DNA from: Anthoceros angustus
Taxonomy: Eukaryota; Plantae; Anthocerotophyta
Length of the DNA stretch: 64,000 bases
NCBI GenBank assembly: GCA_010909165.1
Contig: MU008181.1
Span: 1,006,788-1,070,787 of the forward strand
Reading direction: 5' to 3'
The position numbers and the translations under genes were made by a program. This document shows, one piece after another, positions 26,401-38,978 of the stretch; within the stretch, counting starts at the first letter, position 1, and each line of letters begins with the position of its first letter. Below the pieces are notes generated by a model. It had not been told where the DNA came from, searched no databases, and saw nothing but the letters and a program-made list of their open reading frames with translations.

Positions 26401-28320
26401 CAGTTATAGAAAGTTCAAAAGCATTTCTTCAGCATGAACGCATACCTTGCACTCTATAGACCCTGGTTGCTGCTCAAAGATTGCCGCACGCAGTAGGATC
26501 AGATGAGCATTCTTTGTGCCAATCAAAAAGGGAGCAACTTGAAGAGCATAGAGGGCATCATTGTGTCTCAAAGGGTCCATTGCTGAAAAAGAGAGGGAAG
26601 ATATCGGACCTGCAAACAATTGCTGCTTTCATTTTCACGCAAATGACACCATATCATCTCCAGAAAAGAATTTGGAATGTTTGCGAGCGCATGCTTTGTC
26701 TGCGCCTACCTGCCATGAGCTCTTCAAACCAGGCTATGAGGCCCAACCGGGAATCAAAAAACCGTACAAATCCACCAGCATCTCCTGTTGCAATGTAATT
26801 TCCTGGTGTAACCAGAGCTGTGATTGCAGTAGTATGGACCCTCACCACTTTGACTGCACGCATAAGTCTGGCCTTCTTCTTTGCATCAGATTGGCTTTCT
26901 TCGGGAGTGGAGCTATAAAAGACAACGAAAAGTATAACGAATCATTATACTATTTTAGTTTCCTTTCAAACAAGAACATGGTAAACAAGATCATAAACGC
27001 TCTGGTACCTAGGTTCAATCCATGTTACAAGATCTCCATCAACAGTCCCGGTTAAAGCATGTTGTGTGTTAGGGATGAAAGCAGAATGTGTGAAGGTCCC
27101 AAGTGTCTGCTTCAGTTCTTTTGCCTTCACCTCACCTTGTTTACAATCTAGAAAATGCTGGGTGACGCCTATTTCATTCTCCACCTATTGAGAAAAAAGG
27201 TGTTTGACTCTAGACACTGATAGAAGCTCAAAGCTTTGTCCTAAACTATAAAATAAGTGTCAAACCTTCTGGTGCCTCCAAAAAAAAGCTGTTGCCCTTC
27301 CATTTGTAACCAGTTCATCCATGTCGGACACATTGAAGCGCACACACGTCTGGCTACAGGCAAGACAAGGTTATTAATTTAAGACAATGTCCACTAAGGA
27401 TGCCAAATCATGCAGATTTTGTGCAGCAGTAACCTGAGTGAACAACACGCACAGGGAACCACGCTTGTCAGGAAAAACAAGAGACACTAACAAGCTGCTT
27501 GCGTAACGACGTAGGATAGCAAGGGGGAACGTTATACCTGGCGCTCCTGCAAGGGTATGTGGGCCGTGACGAGCGGTTTATCATTACTAAGTAAGTTATC
27601 CCAAATGCTTAGGTCCTGAACGGATCCTGAATCTGCGACATCCCCAACATTTCTAGTTACTAGGATACATTTCTCATCTGATGACAAATTGCTTGGCTTG
27701 TTAGTAATAAATTCAGGAGGTCCTTACAAGGACAGAGACCAACACAGAATTCAGGTGCCAGGTGACTTACAAACGGCACTTAGGGTAGCAATCAGAGAAC
27801 TGTCGGAGGAGACATCCATGGCGATGATTCCCCCTGCTTGCTCCAGCATCACGGCTTTTTGCACCTAGAGGAAAGCAAAAACGAGATTGGTAAGCATCAA
27901 GAGTAAGTCCGGGTTACTGAATAAGCAAAAACCAACCTGTCCAGTGGTAGCATCCCAGAGAATGAGAGAAGCGTCAGAGCCACAATCTGCTGACAAGATA
28001 AAAACTCGTTGCGGGTCCGACACAAGGCATTGTATCTGATGCACATGGCCTTGAAGAACAATCTGCAAGGAAAGAAGCAGAGAACTTAAGAAAGAGCATA
28101 GATTTCCTTCAGGGTCAACACCAAAGAAGAGGCCTTGAAGTTAAAAAGCAGCACAGGATTCCATTATCGTCACCTGCTGACAAGTTGTTCGATTGAAAAT
28201 GACAATAGTGTGACCAGCTACATAGCACACCAAATCTCTAGAGTCAGTTCGCAAATCCACAGCTCCTCCAGTAATTTGGCTGGAAAATCCAAAAACCCAT
28301 TCCAACTCCTGCGCATCTTA
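23419..28320 (-). CDS. CFAP251: Cilia- and flagella-associated protein 251 (WDR66): WD40 repeats + EF-hand-like C-terminus, spliced
   Basis: LEWVFGFS, LQGHVHQI..SADCGSDASLILWD, TGDAGGFVRFFDSRL.LIAWFE, WEYRGKYKSH, CKKTFRGPTFGSPV, FISIYANHRPV. The true start codon was not located. Confidence 0.85.
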
Positions 28321-29039
28321 CAAATCAGATTAGCTGCTTGGTCTGAAAAATGGCCCCATCCTGCATAGTTCCAGTTTTTTTCCTTACTATGGGATGAGGT
28401 CCGTTCTCGCTTTCATGAGTCATCTTAGATATCCCCTCTCTACGCAAAATCGTCCGATCTCTCGTCCTCGACTATCAAAGAGTAAACTGCTCAAACTCGA
28501 GTTTTCTCGTTTTGTGTCTTCCTTCTACGGGAAGATCATGTATCCAAGAAACAAGATTCAAACGCCCAGAATTCTCACTCCAATCTCTCACTTGTTTGGT
28601 GTTGTCTAAATTCTCGTCTTCAAGATTCCTAGAATGTTGTCAAATCAACTTTGACAAAGAATATCACCTACGTGAAACGGATCCTCACAATCACGAGGCC
28701 TTCTCTCCTACAAAATGGCCTTTTCCAAGTTATATGAGGAACCCGATGACATAGGTCTAACAACTAAACGAGTTAAAAGAATTATATTTTAATTTAAAAT
28801 CATAAGAAATAAAGGGATTTTTTAACAGTATCCATGATAAATATAATTAAAAATGATGATTTCAATAGGTGTTCATGATACATTCAATTGTATTGATTAT
28901 GATTATAACCAATATAATTTTATAACCCAAACTAATCAAGATAGGTGGCTCTTTCCTTTTTTTTTTTCCTCCCAGAAGACCCATCTAGTAGCTTCCTGGA
29001 GCTCTTTCACCTAGCTGCGTCTGTGGCTTGGGGCGAGAT

Positions 29040-29480
29040 CCCTCACCAGATTTTCCATGTTCTCGCAAGTAGCAGGTAGCAGGCATGCAGCTTCTTCGTC
29101 GCACTATTGCCCTTCAATGCCATTTCCTTCTCCAATAGCATCTTAATCTCCTTCAATTTGGCATCGCCACTCCCGGGGCTGCAAGTCCTGGGTATTCGGA
29201 GTGAAGGCATCCCTCGAAACTCACTCGGAGTGGGTGGTCTTACAAGTGGATGTGGAAAATGCATTCAACACCATTTCCTGGGTATCATCTTCAAGGAGCT
29301 CAGGGACACTGGAGGAGTCTTAGGATCCTTATCCCATTTTTTAGTTGCTTCTATGGTAGGTCCTCCAACTTCTATTATCAGTATAAGAAAGTCTTATCCG
29401 GTTTTGCCATCTCTGTTTTGGAATATATCACAGGGACTAGGCAAGTAAACCCTCTGGGTAGTGCTCTTTACCATCGCTTA
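29040..29480 (+). mobile_element. Second CRE-like RT fragment
   Basis: MQLLRRTIALQ..LQFGIA, LQVDVENAFNTIS..IFKELRD is homologous to 11400-11850. Confidence 0.7.
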
Positions 29481-29499
29481 CAAGAGGGCCTCTGTGTAC

Positions 29500-29825
29500 A
29501 ACAAGGGAGCCATGTAAGGGAGCCATGTCATCAAGCGTCGTTGTAAATTGCCTCCAATCATATTTTATGATTAATAGTATTAATAAAGAGTTTTAGAAAA
29601 ATAAAAATCAAATTTTGAGAAAAAGGCTTTTACAACGTAATCTACAATAAGGGAGCCACATCATCAATCCATTGTTGTAAATGAGCACCCAAAAGAGTGC
29701 CACTTCATCCACCTAAAAACACATGTTGTAAACCGCATCTTAAAACTTGCCATATCAGCGAAACTTAAGCCAATTTACAACGAGGGTTTTTAGATATTGT
29801 AAAGGTTGGGATATTTACAAAAAGA
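29500..29825. repeat. CACTA-like subterminal repeats (TTTACAAC/GTTGTAAA in both orientations)
   Basis: About six copies, direct and inverted, plus a repeated aagggagcca..tcatcaa. Confidence 0.55.
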
Positions 29826-30242
29826 GTTTCCCTCCCCACTCCCCCTCCCTTGCCTCCCCGCCTCCCTCCTTCGCACTCGCCATCGATCAACAATCAACTT
29901 CCATGCTTTGGCCTTAAATACGTGCTCCACGAAATTTGCAGGGAGTTGTTTCCAATCCACACAGTTGCTGGCCCGCTGCATTCAAGCCACAAACTTTGCA
30001 CGTTTAGAAAAGCAACCCACAGTCTGCTTAAGAACCCAGCGGAGCTGACAAAACCCCACGTCAAGGGAGCACCTCCCTCAAAGGACAAAGCATGTGCAAC
30101 GGACATCAGCGAAGCACATCCCTCGAATGACTTGAAGCAACAAAACATGGCCGAGATGAAGTAGGGTAAACCACACTGAGCAAATTGAACCGGCTGTCTG
30201 GTGACCTTTAAAGATTCTTCACATCCGGAAAAGGCTTTCAAG

Positions 30243-30960
30243 GGCATTATCTGTGGCAACATTTTGCACATGGCCAAGTTGGTGGATTCTCAACCGTATG
30301 CCTTGTTTCTCTTGGACTTGCCATGTGGTTTGGACCTTGATCCCCACTCCAGATAATTTGACACGCGCCTCACTCGAGAGGAGTTTAAATCTAATGTAAT
30401 GAAGCAATTCTGTGCCATCACGACATCGGAGGTTTTTCGTATTGTGGTGTTCCATTAACTTGGTGACATGAGTATGATCCGGGAGGTGCTTCAAGAGTCA
30501 TGCGGTGGAGGTGTGACATCCTGCTTTTGGCAAAAGACTTAAGTCAGTCTTTTGTCAACAGAGAAGGTTTATGATGACGGTGACTTTTTCACCACATCAT
30601 TTGGCTCCTCGAACAAGGAGTGTGTGCCTCATTAGTTTTTACTTTCTGCAAATTGTATTGTTTTACACGGCGGGGCAGGTATCACCAATTGCTTTACACA
30701 GAAGGGTGTGGAGCACAAGTTGTGTTACAACACAGCAGATGATCGTGTGGTATCTCCATACCAAAAGCCTATGAGACTGCTGAAAAAGTTGATTGACTCA
30801 CTGTGGAGGGAGAGTGGGTGCTTGATGGCTGGGCAGGATTGGGATCTGGAATGGTTGCAACTGCCATGTGTTACCGGAATGTTGTGGCTCTTGATGTGGA
30901 CCCGCGAGCAGCTCAGTTCATCGATCTCAAGTTGAACAATTTGGATAGTTGGCCAAACGA
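30243..30960 (+). pseudogene. Beta-class amino (N6A/N4C) DNA methyltransferase relic (N6_N4_Mtase-like)
   Basis: IICGNIL...LFLLDLPCG (motif IV, DPPY-like, 30315-30329), FWQK, PYQKPMRLLKKLI (30756-30795), EGEWVLDGWAGLGSG..A....RNVVALDVD (motifs I-II). Contains stops and a frameshift. Confidence 0.75.
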
Positions 30961-31931
30961 GGAGGAAGAGGTTGGGGACATTCCAGGTAATGTCAGTTGG
31001 AAGACCTTTGGCAAGGAAACCATGGTGAACAATCTGGCAAGTGGGCGAACTCCTTTGTGATACTAAAGCTAAAAGGATCCAAGAAGCATGGCCCTCCTAG
31101 TGATATGGAGGATGCATTAATTGGGAGTTGCAGTGCCTGAAGACAACACACCAGTTCTTGTTGTAAAGAAACCTGTTGAAATTGAGAACACTGAAATTGT
31201 GAAACAGATAGGAGAGGAACCATGCGATGAAGGGTGGGTAGACAACCAAGTGCCTCAGGTAAATGAACTCGATGTGATTAAGGAGGGATTAATGTGAGTT
31301 GCAGCTAGGCAATTGGTTTGTAGGTTCACATGCGGACAGCCACTGGACAGCCGGTGTAGTTTTTGTTGGGGTTTGGGGTTTCGCGGCCAGGCATAGCATG
31401 CAAGTTCCAACTTCATCCATAATGGATGAAGCTGCATCCATTATGCCTGGCCGCATGCTATGATAGAATGCAGGTTTTTTCTTTGGCATCTTTACAGCAT
31501 GTCTGACAATGCGTTTTTAATAGCATTGTTTAGCCTGTGTTTGGCCTGAATGATGAATTGCGAAAGAGATCAATATCTTCTTGGGTGCATCTGGTAATGA
31601 CTTGCTTGTAAGAGCCAACCCATCCAGTTCCTCCTCTCCAGGCATATCGTCCACACCATGCACAATGATGGGGGCTATTCTTTGTCTCCGCTATCCTCTG
31701 TACCACCAAGCTCACCCCAAATGTGAGTTTTCTTAAACCCTTCATTCATGACTGTGAAGTCAAAATCTTTAGTAAATTGTCTGGTCGGATGGAAAACCTA
31801 CAAAATACAATAAGGGCAGAGTTAAAGAATGACTTAAACACCCCATAGGAGACTACATGTTGTGCGAGATGACAACCCTACATAGCACTAAAAGCTTTGT
31901 AGCAATATAAATGCAATCAAGCAAAAAGCAT

Positions 31932-34309
31932 GGCCTTTTTACCCCTATACCTCTTCCGCTAGCGCTCTACATGTGTCTAAGCGACCCATTACCCTAAAAC
32001 ATGATGGCCAACAATCATGCAACTGTAAAGCTTTTGAACAAGTAGAATTAGATTTCGATGTGTGAAATTAGTTCTCAGGATCCTCAAGCAATAATAACGA
32101 CTCTTCGAAATGCACAGCAGTACACAAAACCAAGTCCATGACACAACATCGCATCCCCCACAAAAGTTGACCGTGCAGCAACATCTATGCTAGATACACT
32201 TTTGCACTTTGGACATCCCATGTACCTGCCAATGGTCGCTCCAACGGGGTACTACAGTGCGGTGGCCTCCATGTGGCCACTAGTTTGACCCAAAAATCTT
32301 TAGCAAATGGATAGCCGGTGTTCAAAAGCCCTTGCCGCAAGCATTTCTGATGTCTAGTTAATTTATATTAATCCAAAGTTATTAGCTAGCAGCTAGCATC
32401 CATATTCGAGCCAGGTTTTGCAATTTCCATTAGGCACGAATTCGGACACTTGATACCAGCAAAGCAAAATTATATATAGCCTTACCTAAAATTCTTTCAG
32501 AAATTCTGAAAGGGTTTAGTCCCTGCCTTGTGTCACTCTTGCAAATGCTATCCAAATTCCGCCTTACGTAAACAGCTTTGCTCATGAGGTACTGTGGAGT
32601 GGTGTGAAGCCTCCGACATAAGCAGTTGGACAAAGACAACAATCCATGAATTATTCCGAATCTCTTGTTCACAGCAGCCAGTTTGGTGCTCCGCTCCGCA
32701 ACCACCAGGTTCTTGGACCTACCAACCTCGTCTCCGATGTTCTCTCCCGCTCAATCTTATGCCTCTCGCGCATCAGCTACCATACAAGAATTGCACACAC
32801 TCCCTCGTTAACCCTCACCACAACAGCGTGAAAAATAGCCTTCCCCAGCGGCCCCTAAAATGCAACTCACCTTGATGGTGAGGAGTTGGAGGAAGGTGAG
32901 ATTGAGGAAGATAAAAAGTGCGATTTCATCCACTATTGCAAGGAAAACTTATCTTTCTTGCTAGCCTTGTTGAGCTTACGAAAATGAACACATATCCAGA
33001 TTTCCCCATTCTTCTTCATCAAGATGACCAATGGCGACACCCATTCAATTGATGTACTCTATAGGCACAATGAACGCTGCAGGAAGCAGCGTCTCGACTT
33101 CGTCTTTCACTTCTTGCATGTGCTTGGGAGACTAAGGGCCTTTTTACCCTATACCTCTTCGCTAGCGCTCTACATGTGTCTAAGCGACCCATTACCCTAA
33201 AACATGATGGCCAACAATCATGCAATCGTAAAGCTTTTGAACAAGTAGAATTAGATTTCGATGTGAAATTAGTTCTCGGGATCCTCAAGCAATAACGACT
33301 CTTGAAATGCACAAAGACACAAAACCAAGTCCATGACACAACATCGCATCCCCCACAAAAGTTGACCGTGCAGCAACATCTATGCTAGATACACTTTTGC
33401 ACTTTGGACATCCCATGTACCTGCCAATGGTCGCTCCAACGGGGTACTACAGTGCGGTGGCCTCCATGTGGCCACTAGTTTGACCCAAAAATCTTTAGCA
33501 AATGGATAGCCGGTGTTCAAAAGCCCTTGCCGCAAGCATTTCTGATGTCTAGTTAATTTATATTAATCCAAAGTTATTAGCTAGCTAGCATCCATATTCG
33601 AGCTGTGTTTTGCAATTTCCATTAGGCAATTCGGACATGATACCAAAGCAAAATTATATATAGCCTTACCTAAAATTCTTTCGAAATTAAAGGGTTTAGT
33701 CCACCTTGTGTCACTCTTGCAAATGCTATCCAAATTCCGCCTTACGTAAACAGCTTTGCTCATGAGGTACTGTGGAGTGGATAAGCCTCCGAACGCAAAC
33801 AGATTGGACAAAGACAACAATCCATGAATTATTCCGAATCTCTTGTTCACGCCTGGGTTTGGTGCTCGCCCATAACCACAGGTTCTTGGACCGCCAACCT
33901 CGTCTCGATGTTCTCTCCGCTCAATCTTATGCCTCGCCGGCTACCATACAAGAATTGCACACACTCCCTCGTTAACCCTCACCACAACAGCGTGAAAAAT
34001 AGCCTTCCCCAGCGGCCCCTAAAATGCAACTCACCTTGATGGTGAGGAGTTGGAGGAAGGTGAGATTGAGGAAGATAAAAAAAGTGCGATTTCATCCACT
34101 ATTGCAAGGAAAACTTATCTTTCTTGCTAGCCTTGTTGAGCTTACGAAAATGAACACATATCCAGATTTCCCCATTCTTCTTCATCAAGATGACCAATGG
34201 CGACACCCATTCAATTGATGTACTCTATAGGCACAATGAACGCTGCAGGAAGCAGCGTCTCGACTTCGTCTTTCACTTCTTGCATGTGCTTGGGAGACTA
34301 AGGGCCTTT
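31932..34309. repeat. Tandem duplication, ~1.2 kb x2 (31932-33136 / 33137-34309)
   Basis: Copies align throughout, differ largely by 1-3-bp indels, and share ggcctttt at the junctions. Confidence 0.9.
32935..33130 (-). mobile_element. Ty3/Gypsy reverse transcriptase N-terminal fragment (duplicated at ~34100-34298)
   Basis: EVKDEVETLL...FIVPIEY, WVSPLVILMKKNG, IWICVHFRKLNKASKKDKF. Confidence 0.8.
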
Positions 34310-35400
34310 TCGCGTGAGCGCCGACCCGAGCCCATGGAATTTTGCCGGGCCCGGGTTCGGCTGTTCGCATGCATAAAATGAACACCAGGCTAGGCACCGT
34401 CAATGGATGGTTGACTGCAATCATCACAATTCTACCATTAATAGTGCCGGTTATTGCTGCACTTGTCACCATACTTGGCGATTCCAATCGACTTCCGAGA
34501 ATGGAAGATTCTTATTGCTTCGCAACACATTTGATAATCCATGCAGGAGAGGCCACAGATATAGAATTGCAAGCATCCATTCTTGGACTGAATGCTTGTT
34601 TGGCAATTCTTGCTTCTTTAGACAGAATGCATGCAGGGCTCTCAGAATGTGTGTCCAAATGGCTTAGGCCAAATGACATTTATAAGAACATGGTTATTAA
34701 GCATCCTGCGCTTGGATCGGTACTTAGATGGGGTGCCTAAAGGGAATGGATGCCCTTGGTGCAAGTAGCTTAGGCATACCATGGTACAAGTTGTTTAGTA
34801 CCAAGTCCCATGACGGAAATCCGTCCTTAGTGGGCTTAAATAAAATTCTTCTTCTTCTTCTTCTAGCATGGATTGCATTACGGGCAATATTACATCAAAC
34901 CCTGTGTCAAGGATTTTTGGCTTCTTTATAGAAATGTGGTTGCTATCACAGATCAAGCAAGGTTTGCTCGATTCTTCCGTTTCAAGCCTAGCTCCTTCTC
35001 TTATCTTTGTGAGCTAGTACAGTCGTTGATGGTGACTCAGGGCGTGGAAGGATTTAACAGCATACCAGAAAGAGTCTTGCCAGTCCATAAACAGGTGGTT
35101 GTGGCTTTATGTAGATTTGCCACAATTTGTCGTTTCTCCTTGCAAGTTGTAGTATCAACTCCTGTGCTGTTTAATGGCAACATGCCTTCTTTGTTGGTGG
35201 ATTTGACACCTCCTGTGAGGGTTGTTGGTCGGGATCGAAGTGTGGTTGCAAAAATGAAACCCTTGCAAAGCTACCATGCAGTAACTCTTCAGTGGCTGGA
35301 CACTTAGATTGATTGCCCGTTGGCGGTGGAGAACTAAAATTCACACATGATGAGAATGGAGAAAACATTTTAAAGAGATTTCTCTGGAACATTGAGGAGG
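34302..35400 (+). mobile_element. PIF/Harbinger DNA transposon relic
   Basis: TAA followed by GGGCC (34299-34306) as candidate TSD and left TIR. FARFFRFKPSSFSYLCELV...LPVHKQVVVALCRFAT matches the Harbinger transposase N-terminal HTH pattern. Confidence 0.65.
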
Positions 35401-35560
35401 ATGACAGCGAAGCAAGGGAAGCTGTATGAGAGTCGTACGCAAGGCAACCGGCTGAACCACAATCCCAACCTGGAACTCTGAATGCACCACTAAATAAAGA
35501 CTAGGCTGCGTGAAACGGGGAGCACAGCCCTGTGCATCAATTTTAAGTTCATCTCCGCTT

Positions 35561-36954
35561 CGCGATTTTTCGCGTAGTGATGCCCAAGTCTGGGATCATG
35601 CAAAACCAACCTAAGAGGCTACGGTTCATCCTCTAGATAAATCTGACATGCCATTGTGAAAGAGAATATTTACATACTCAGTAGACCTGGGAGTTAAGGT
35701 ATGGTTGATAAAATACCTTTAATGCCCTAGCTAATGTTGAATACAGATCTAGGGTGCCAATTTAAAGGATCTCCGGGATGGGATAGTTGAGACACAAAAA
35801 ATGACATAGGCCGTCCATATAAGCATCATCATAAGACCCGACTGGATGTGATATGTAGTGTGTGTGTGATAAGATGTTTTGGTAAAGACAATGGCTCCAA
35901 GCAGGCCAGCTAGCTGGTTCCAAACATAGCGTGAGTGGGCCATGCCAGCTTTATCCAAGGATGCAGAGGATCCTAAGCCACAAAAGAGCGCCAAGACGTT
36001 GAGGGCAAGTATTTTTAGAGCAGCATGTAACGGGGACTGGGCAATGTATGGGGCTTGACCCCTTTGTTATTTCAATACGGAGCTTGTCAACTCCATGCTT
36101 CTGGCCATGGGTCTAATCAGCCATGTTGTTGTTTGAATGTGTACACGCTCACTCCAGGGTCTTGCTACCACTAAAGGGATACGAAGCTTGAGAGTCTGAG
36201 AGATGTTCAAGTCCTTGCTTGGCTAACCATCGGTTGTCCTCTTGTGTACCTTGGTTTGCGGTGTTACTAAATACTGTAAGCTTGCCTGACTAACGCTATG
36301 TGCAAGCGTGTGTGTGTACTCCTATGTGTGTCCTAGCATTTGCTCATCGCCGTGGAGTCTATATAGTAGGCACATCAACCACCACGGCCGTGTCCTCTTC
36401 AGAATCAGTGTTGCCTACCGTAGTGAATTATGCTTGAATGGGAATGCCTGCTACCTTAACCGTTCCTACCTGTGCTATTACCCCCATGTAAACCACCACC
36501 TAACAGTACGCTGTTTCTTCGTCTTAAAAAGGCGCGCTTTTTAGTAGTGTCACAAGCTATCAAGAAGGGCTGGCGTCATAATCAACAGAGAAATCCTTCC
36601 CCTTCTATAGAGGTAGGTGCAATATGAACACAGACACATGTCATGGCTAACTTCATATACCTTCTCTGGGCCGCAAATTTAAAAGTGTATTTGTCCACCT
36701 ATAAAACACTATGCATAATTATGACCTCCAATGCAGATTACAAAGAATTTAATTGTGCGGATACCCTTGACACTGGACTTTTTCATGTATATTGGGTACA
36801 ATTGTTGCAGTAAGTCTCACCACTCTCACGAAGGGCAAGAACAATTGTTGTAAAAAAATGTTGCGAAGGATTTCCTTGTACGTCACCGAAGGCGATAAGG
36901 AATATCAAAGTCGTCACTGGGCGGTTTGTGTGTGACAACTTTTTTTCGCCAGTG
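35561..36954 (-). mobile_element. Stacked CACTA/CACTG-type right termini at 35579, 36549 and 36954
   Basis: Reverse complements read CACTACGCGAAAAA, CACTACTAAAAAGCGCGCC and CACTGGCGAAAAAAA. Confidence 0.55.
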
Positions 36955-37256
36955 TTCTACTCTTAGATGCCTCCGCATCTTCAAGATTCCTTCATCTTAT
37001 GCGGGCGTTCTATTCTTAGATGCCTGAGAGTGCTAGCTTTCAAGCAACTATGTAGAGAAGTGGTAAAAGTTATTTTTAGTAAAACCTATCAATCAAAATT
37101 TGAATTTTTCTTTTTTTCCGCATCTTTAAGATTTCTTCCTCTTATACGGGAGTTCTACTCTTAGATGCCTCCGTATCTTCAAGATTCCTTCGTCTTAAAC
37201 GGGCGTTCTACTCTTAGATGCCTCCGCATCTTCAAGATTCCTTTGCCTTATACGGG
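36955..37256. repeat. Repeats of ttctactcttagatgcctccgcatcttcaagattcc (~51-bp period)
   Basis: Four to five copies read directly. Confidence 0.75.
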
Positions 37257-37567
37257 CCACATTGTCGCATGACGGGCCGTATGCGGCAAAAAATTTTCTG
37301 TCTCACAACTTGGGCTCTGGTGTTCGGATGTTGTCATCTAGGATTTTCCTGCTATTTAGGGTTTTCTTACATACATACACATGTTTCTGTTCGCCTAGAA
37401 CACACATGCACATGTTTGGCCCCCGTGTGAAGGCCCCGGATATTCGCTTCCATTCGATAAATACAGATGCAACGGCTTGCCATCAGGTCACGACATCATT
37501 GTCCTCCAAGCCATCTGTGGGGCGACTTTCGCTGACGGCCAGCCGGGCGCGCATAGTCCCGTGTCGT

Positions 37568-38663
37568 TGTAACAAGGGGTCCGTTCCCAAGAGAATGATA
37601 GGTTCCGTTTGGCACGTCTCAACCGATTCTCACCTCACAGTCGTTACCGTTTCGGACTCAAAGCGTGCGCGCTCGCAGTTTCACTACTAACTACTCTTAA
37701 CGTCCACCGACAGGCCCGGCGTGGCCAAACGTTTAAGGACTCGTTCACGTCCGTATCCTACCAGTCCGCCCCTCGTTCGTCTAGTCCGTTCTCCTCACCA
37801 CTCTCACTACGCTCATCGTTCTTTTGGGAAGAGTGGGTGGGTTGCGTGGTCCGGACCTCCGTCGTCGTTCCGCCAGGCCTCTCCATCCGGGCTCTACACG
37901 CCCTCCCGGAGTTCCACCGGCTCACGCGTTCCGGTCCGTTCAACGTCGGCCCCCGGCTCTGGAAGAGCAAGGGTCTCTGATCGTTCGCCTCGCACACCAC
38001 CACCACGTTGGGTCCGTCACGGGACCTTGATCAATCTCTCCGGGGCATCGTTGCACTCGCTCATCGTTCTTTTGGGAAGAGTGGGTGGGTTGCGTGGTCC
38101 GGACCTCCGTGCCGTTCAGCCGGCCTCTCCATCCGGCTCTACACACCCTCCCGAGTTCCAGCTCACGCGTTCGGTCGTTCAACGCCGGCCCCGGCTGGAA
38201 GAGCAAGGGTCTCGATCGTTCACACACCACCACGTTGGTCCGTCACGGGACCTTGATCAATCTCTCCGGGGGTGCGCTCAATGACTCGGGACTCACGTTA
38301 GCAAAAGGCGCACAAGGGTCTACAAGGGCAGCGGTATCCACCCCAAAAGAAAGATGCTTTACTAGAGCAGCCCCTGCCCTCTTATACTACGCCCAAGGGC
38401 GGCGTCTTTATTACACTCCTATTACGAGTGGTAGCCCACTGGGTGCCTTGCCGCCTATTCCCCTCTATTCCGCCTATCTACGTCGTCGATGGTGGGGCTG
38501 GGAGTGCCCGTGGTTCCACCTCGGCGCTGGTGGCCCAATCCCTAATCCTGACATCTGCGGCGCACCCAATCGGATGATCCGCGAGGCGGGGCCCCTGCCC
38601 CTTCCCGAGACTCTGTCAAGTTGAGCTACCCCCGGCGGTCTGACAACCGCGGTAACCACCACA
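37568..38663 (-). mobile_element. Putative 3' LTR (TGT...ACA) of a minus-strand LTR retrotransposon, with an internal ~245-bp duplication
   Basis: On the minus strand the purine tract ggacggagaggggga directly precedes TGTGG at 38663. The other end is tgtaac at 37568. 37810-38045 is repeated at 38058-38270. Confidence 0.6.
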
Positions 38664-38769
38664 TCCCCCTCTCCGTCCTCTCATGACCTCCAAGTGGGTG
38701 CCTGCTCTGTGGGGCCACCAGGAGACTGCTCCGCCTGAGCAGGTCGGTGGTGATTCCCCCTCTCCTCCT

Positions 38770-38978
38770 GAGTCCGGACCTTGGGGTCCGAACTCGACTC
38801 TGGAGTCCGGACCTTGGGGTCCGAACTCGACTCTGGAGTCCGGACCTCGGGGTCCGAACTCGACTCTGGAGTCCGGACCTCGAGGTCCGGTCTCATTTCT
38901 GGAGTCCGGACCTCGGGATCTGGTCTCATTTCCGGAGTCCGGTCTCATTTTTGGAGTCCGGACCTCAGGGTCCGAACT
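38770..38978. repeat. 30-bp tandem repeats (gagtccggaccttggggtccgaactcgactctg) upstream of the PPT
   Basis: Read directly. Confidence 0.85.

Noticed and set aside
29850-31060. Bacterial contamination as the source of the methyltransferase
   Set aside because: The gene is decayed and embedded among plant TE relics and intron-containing genes, with no operon-like neighbours. Read-level confirmation is still advisable.
37682-37691. CACTACTAAC as a CACTA left terminus
   Set aside because: It lies inside the putative LTR, with no subterminal repeats or matching downstream end.
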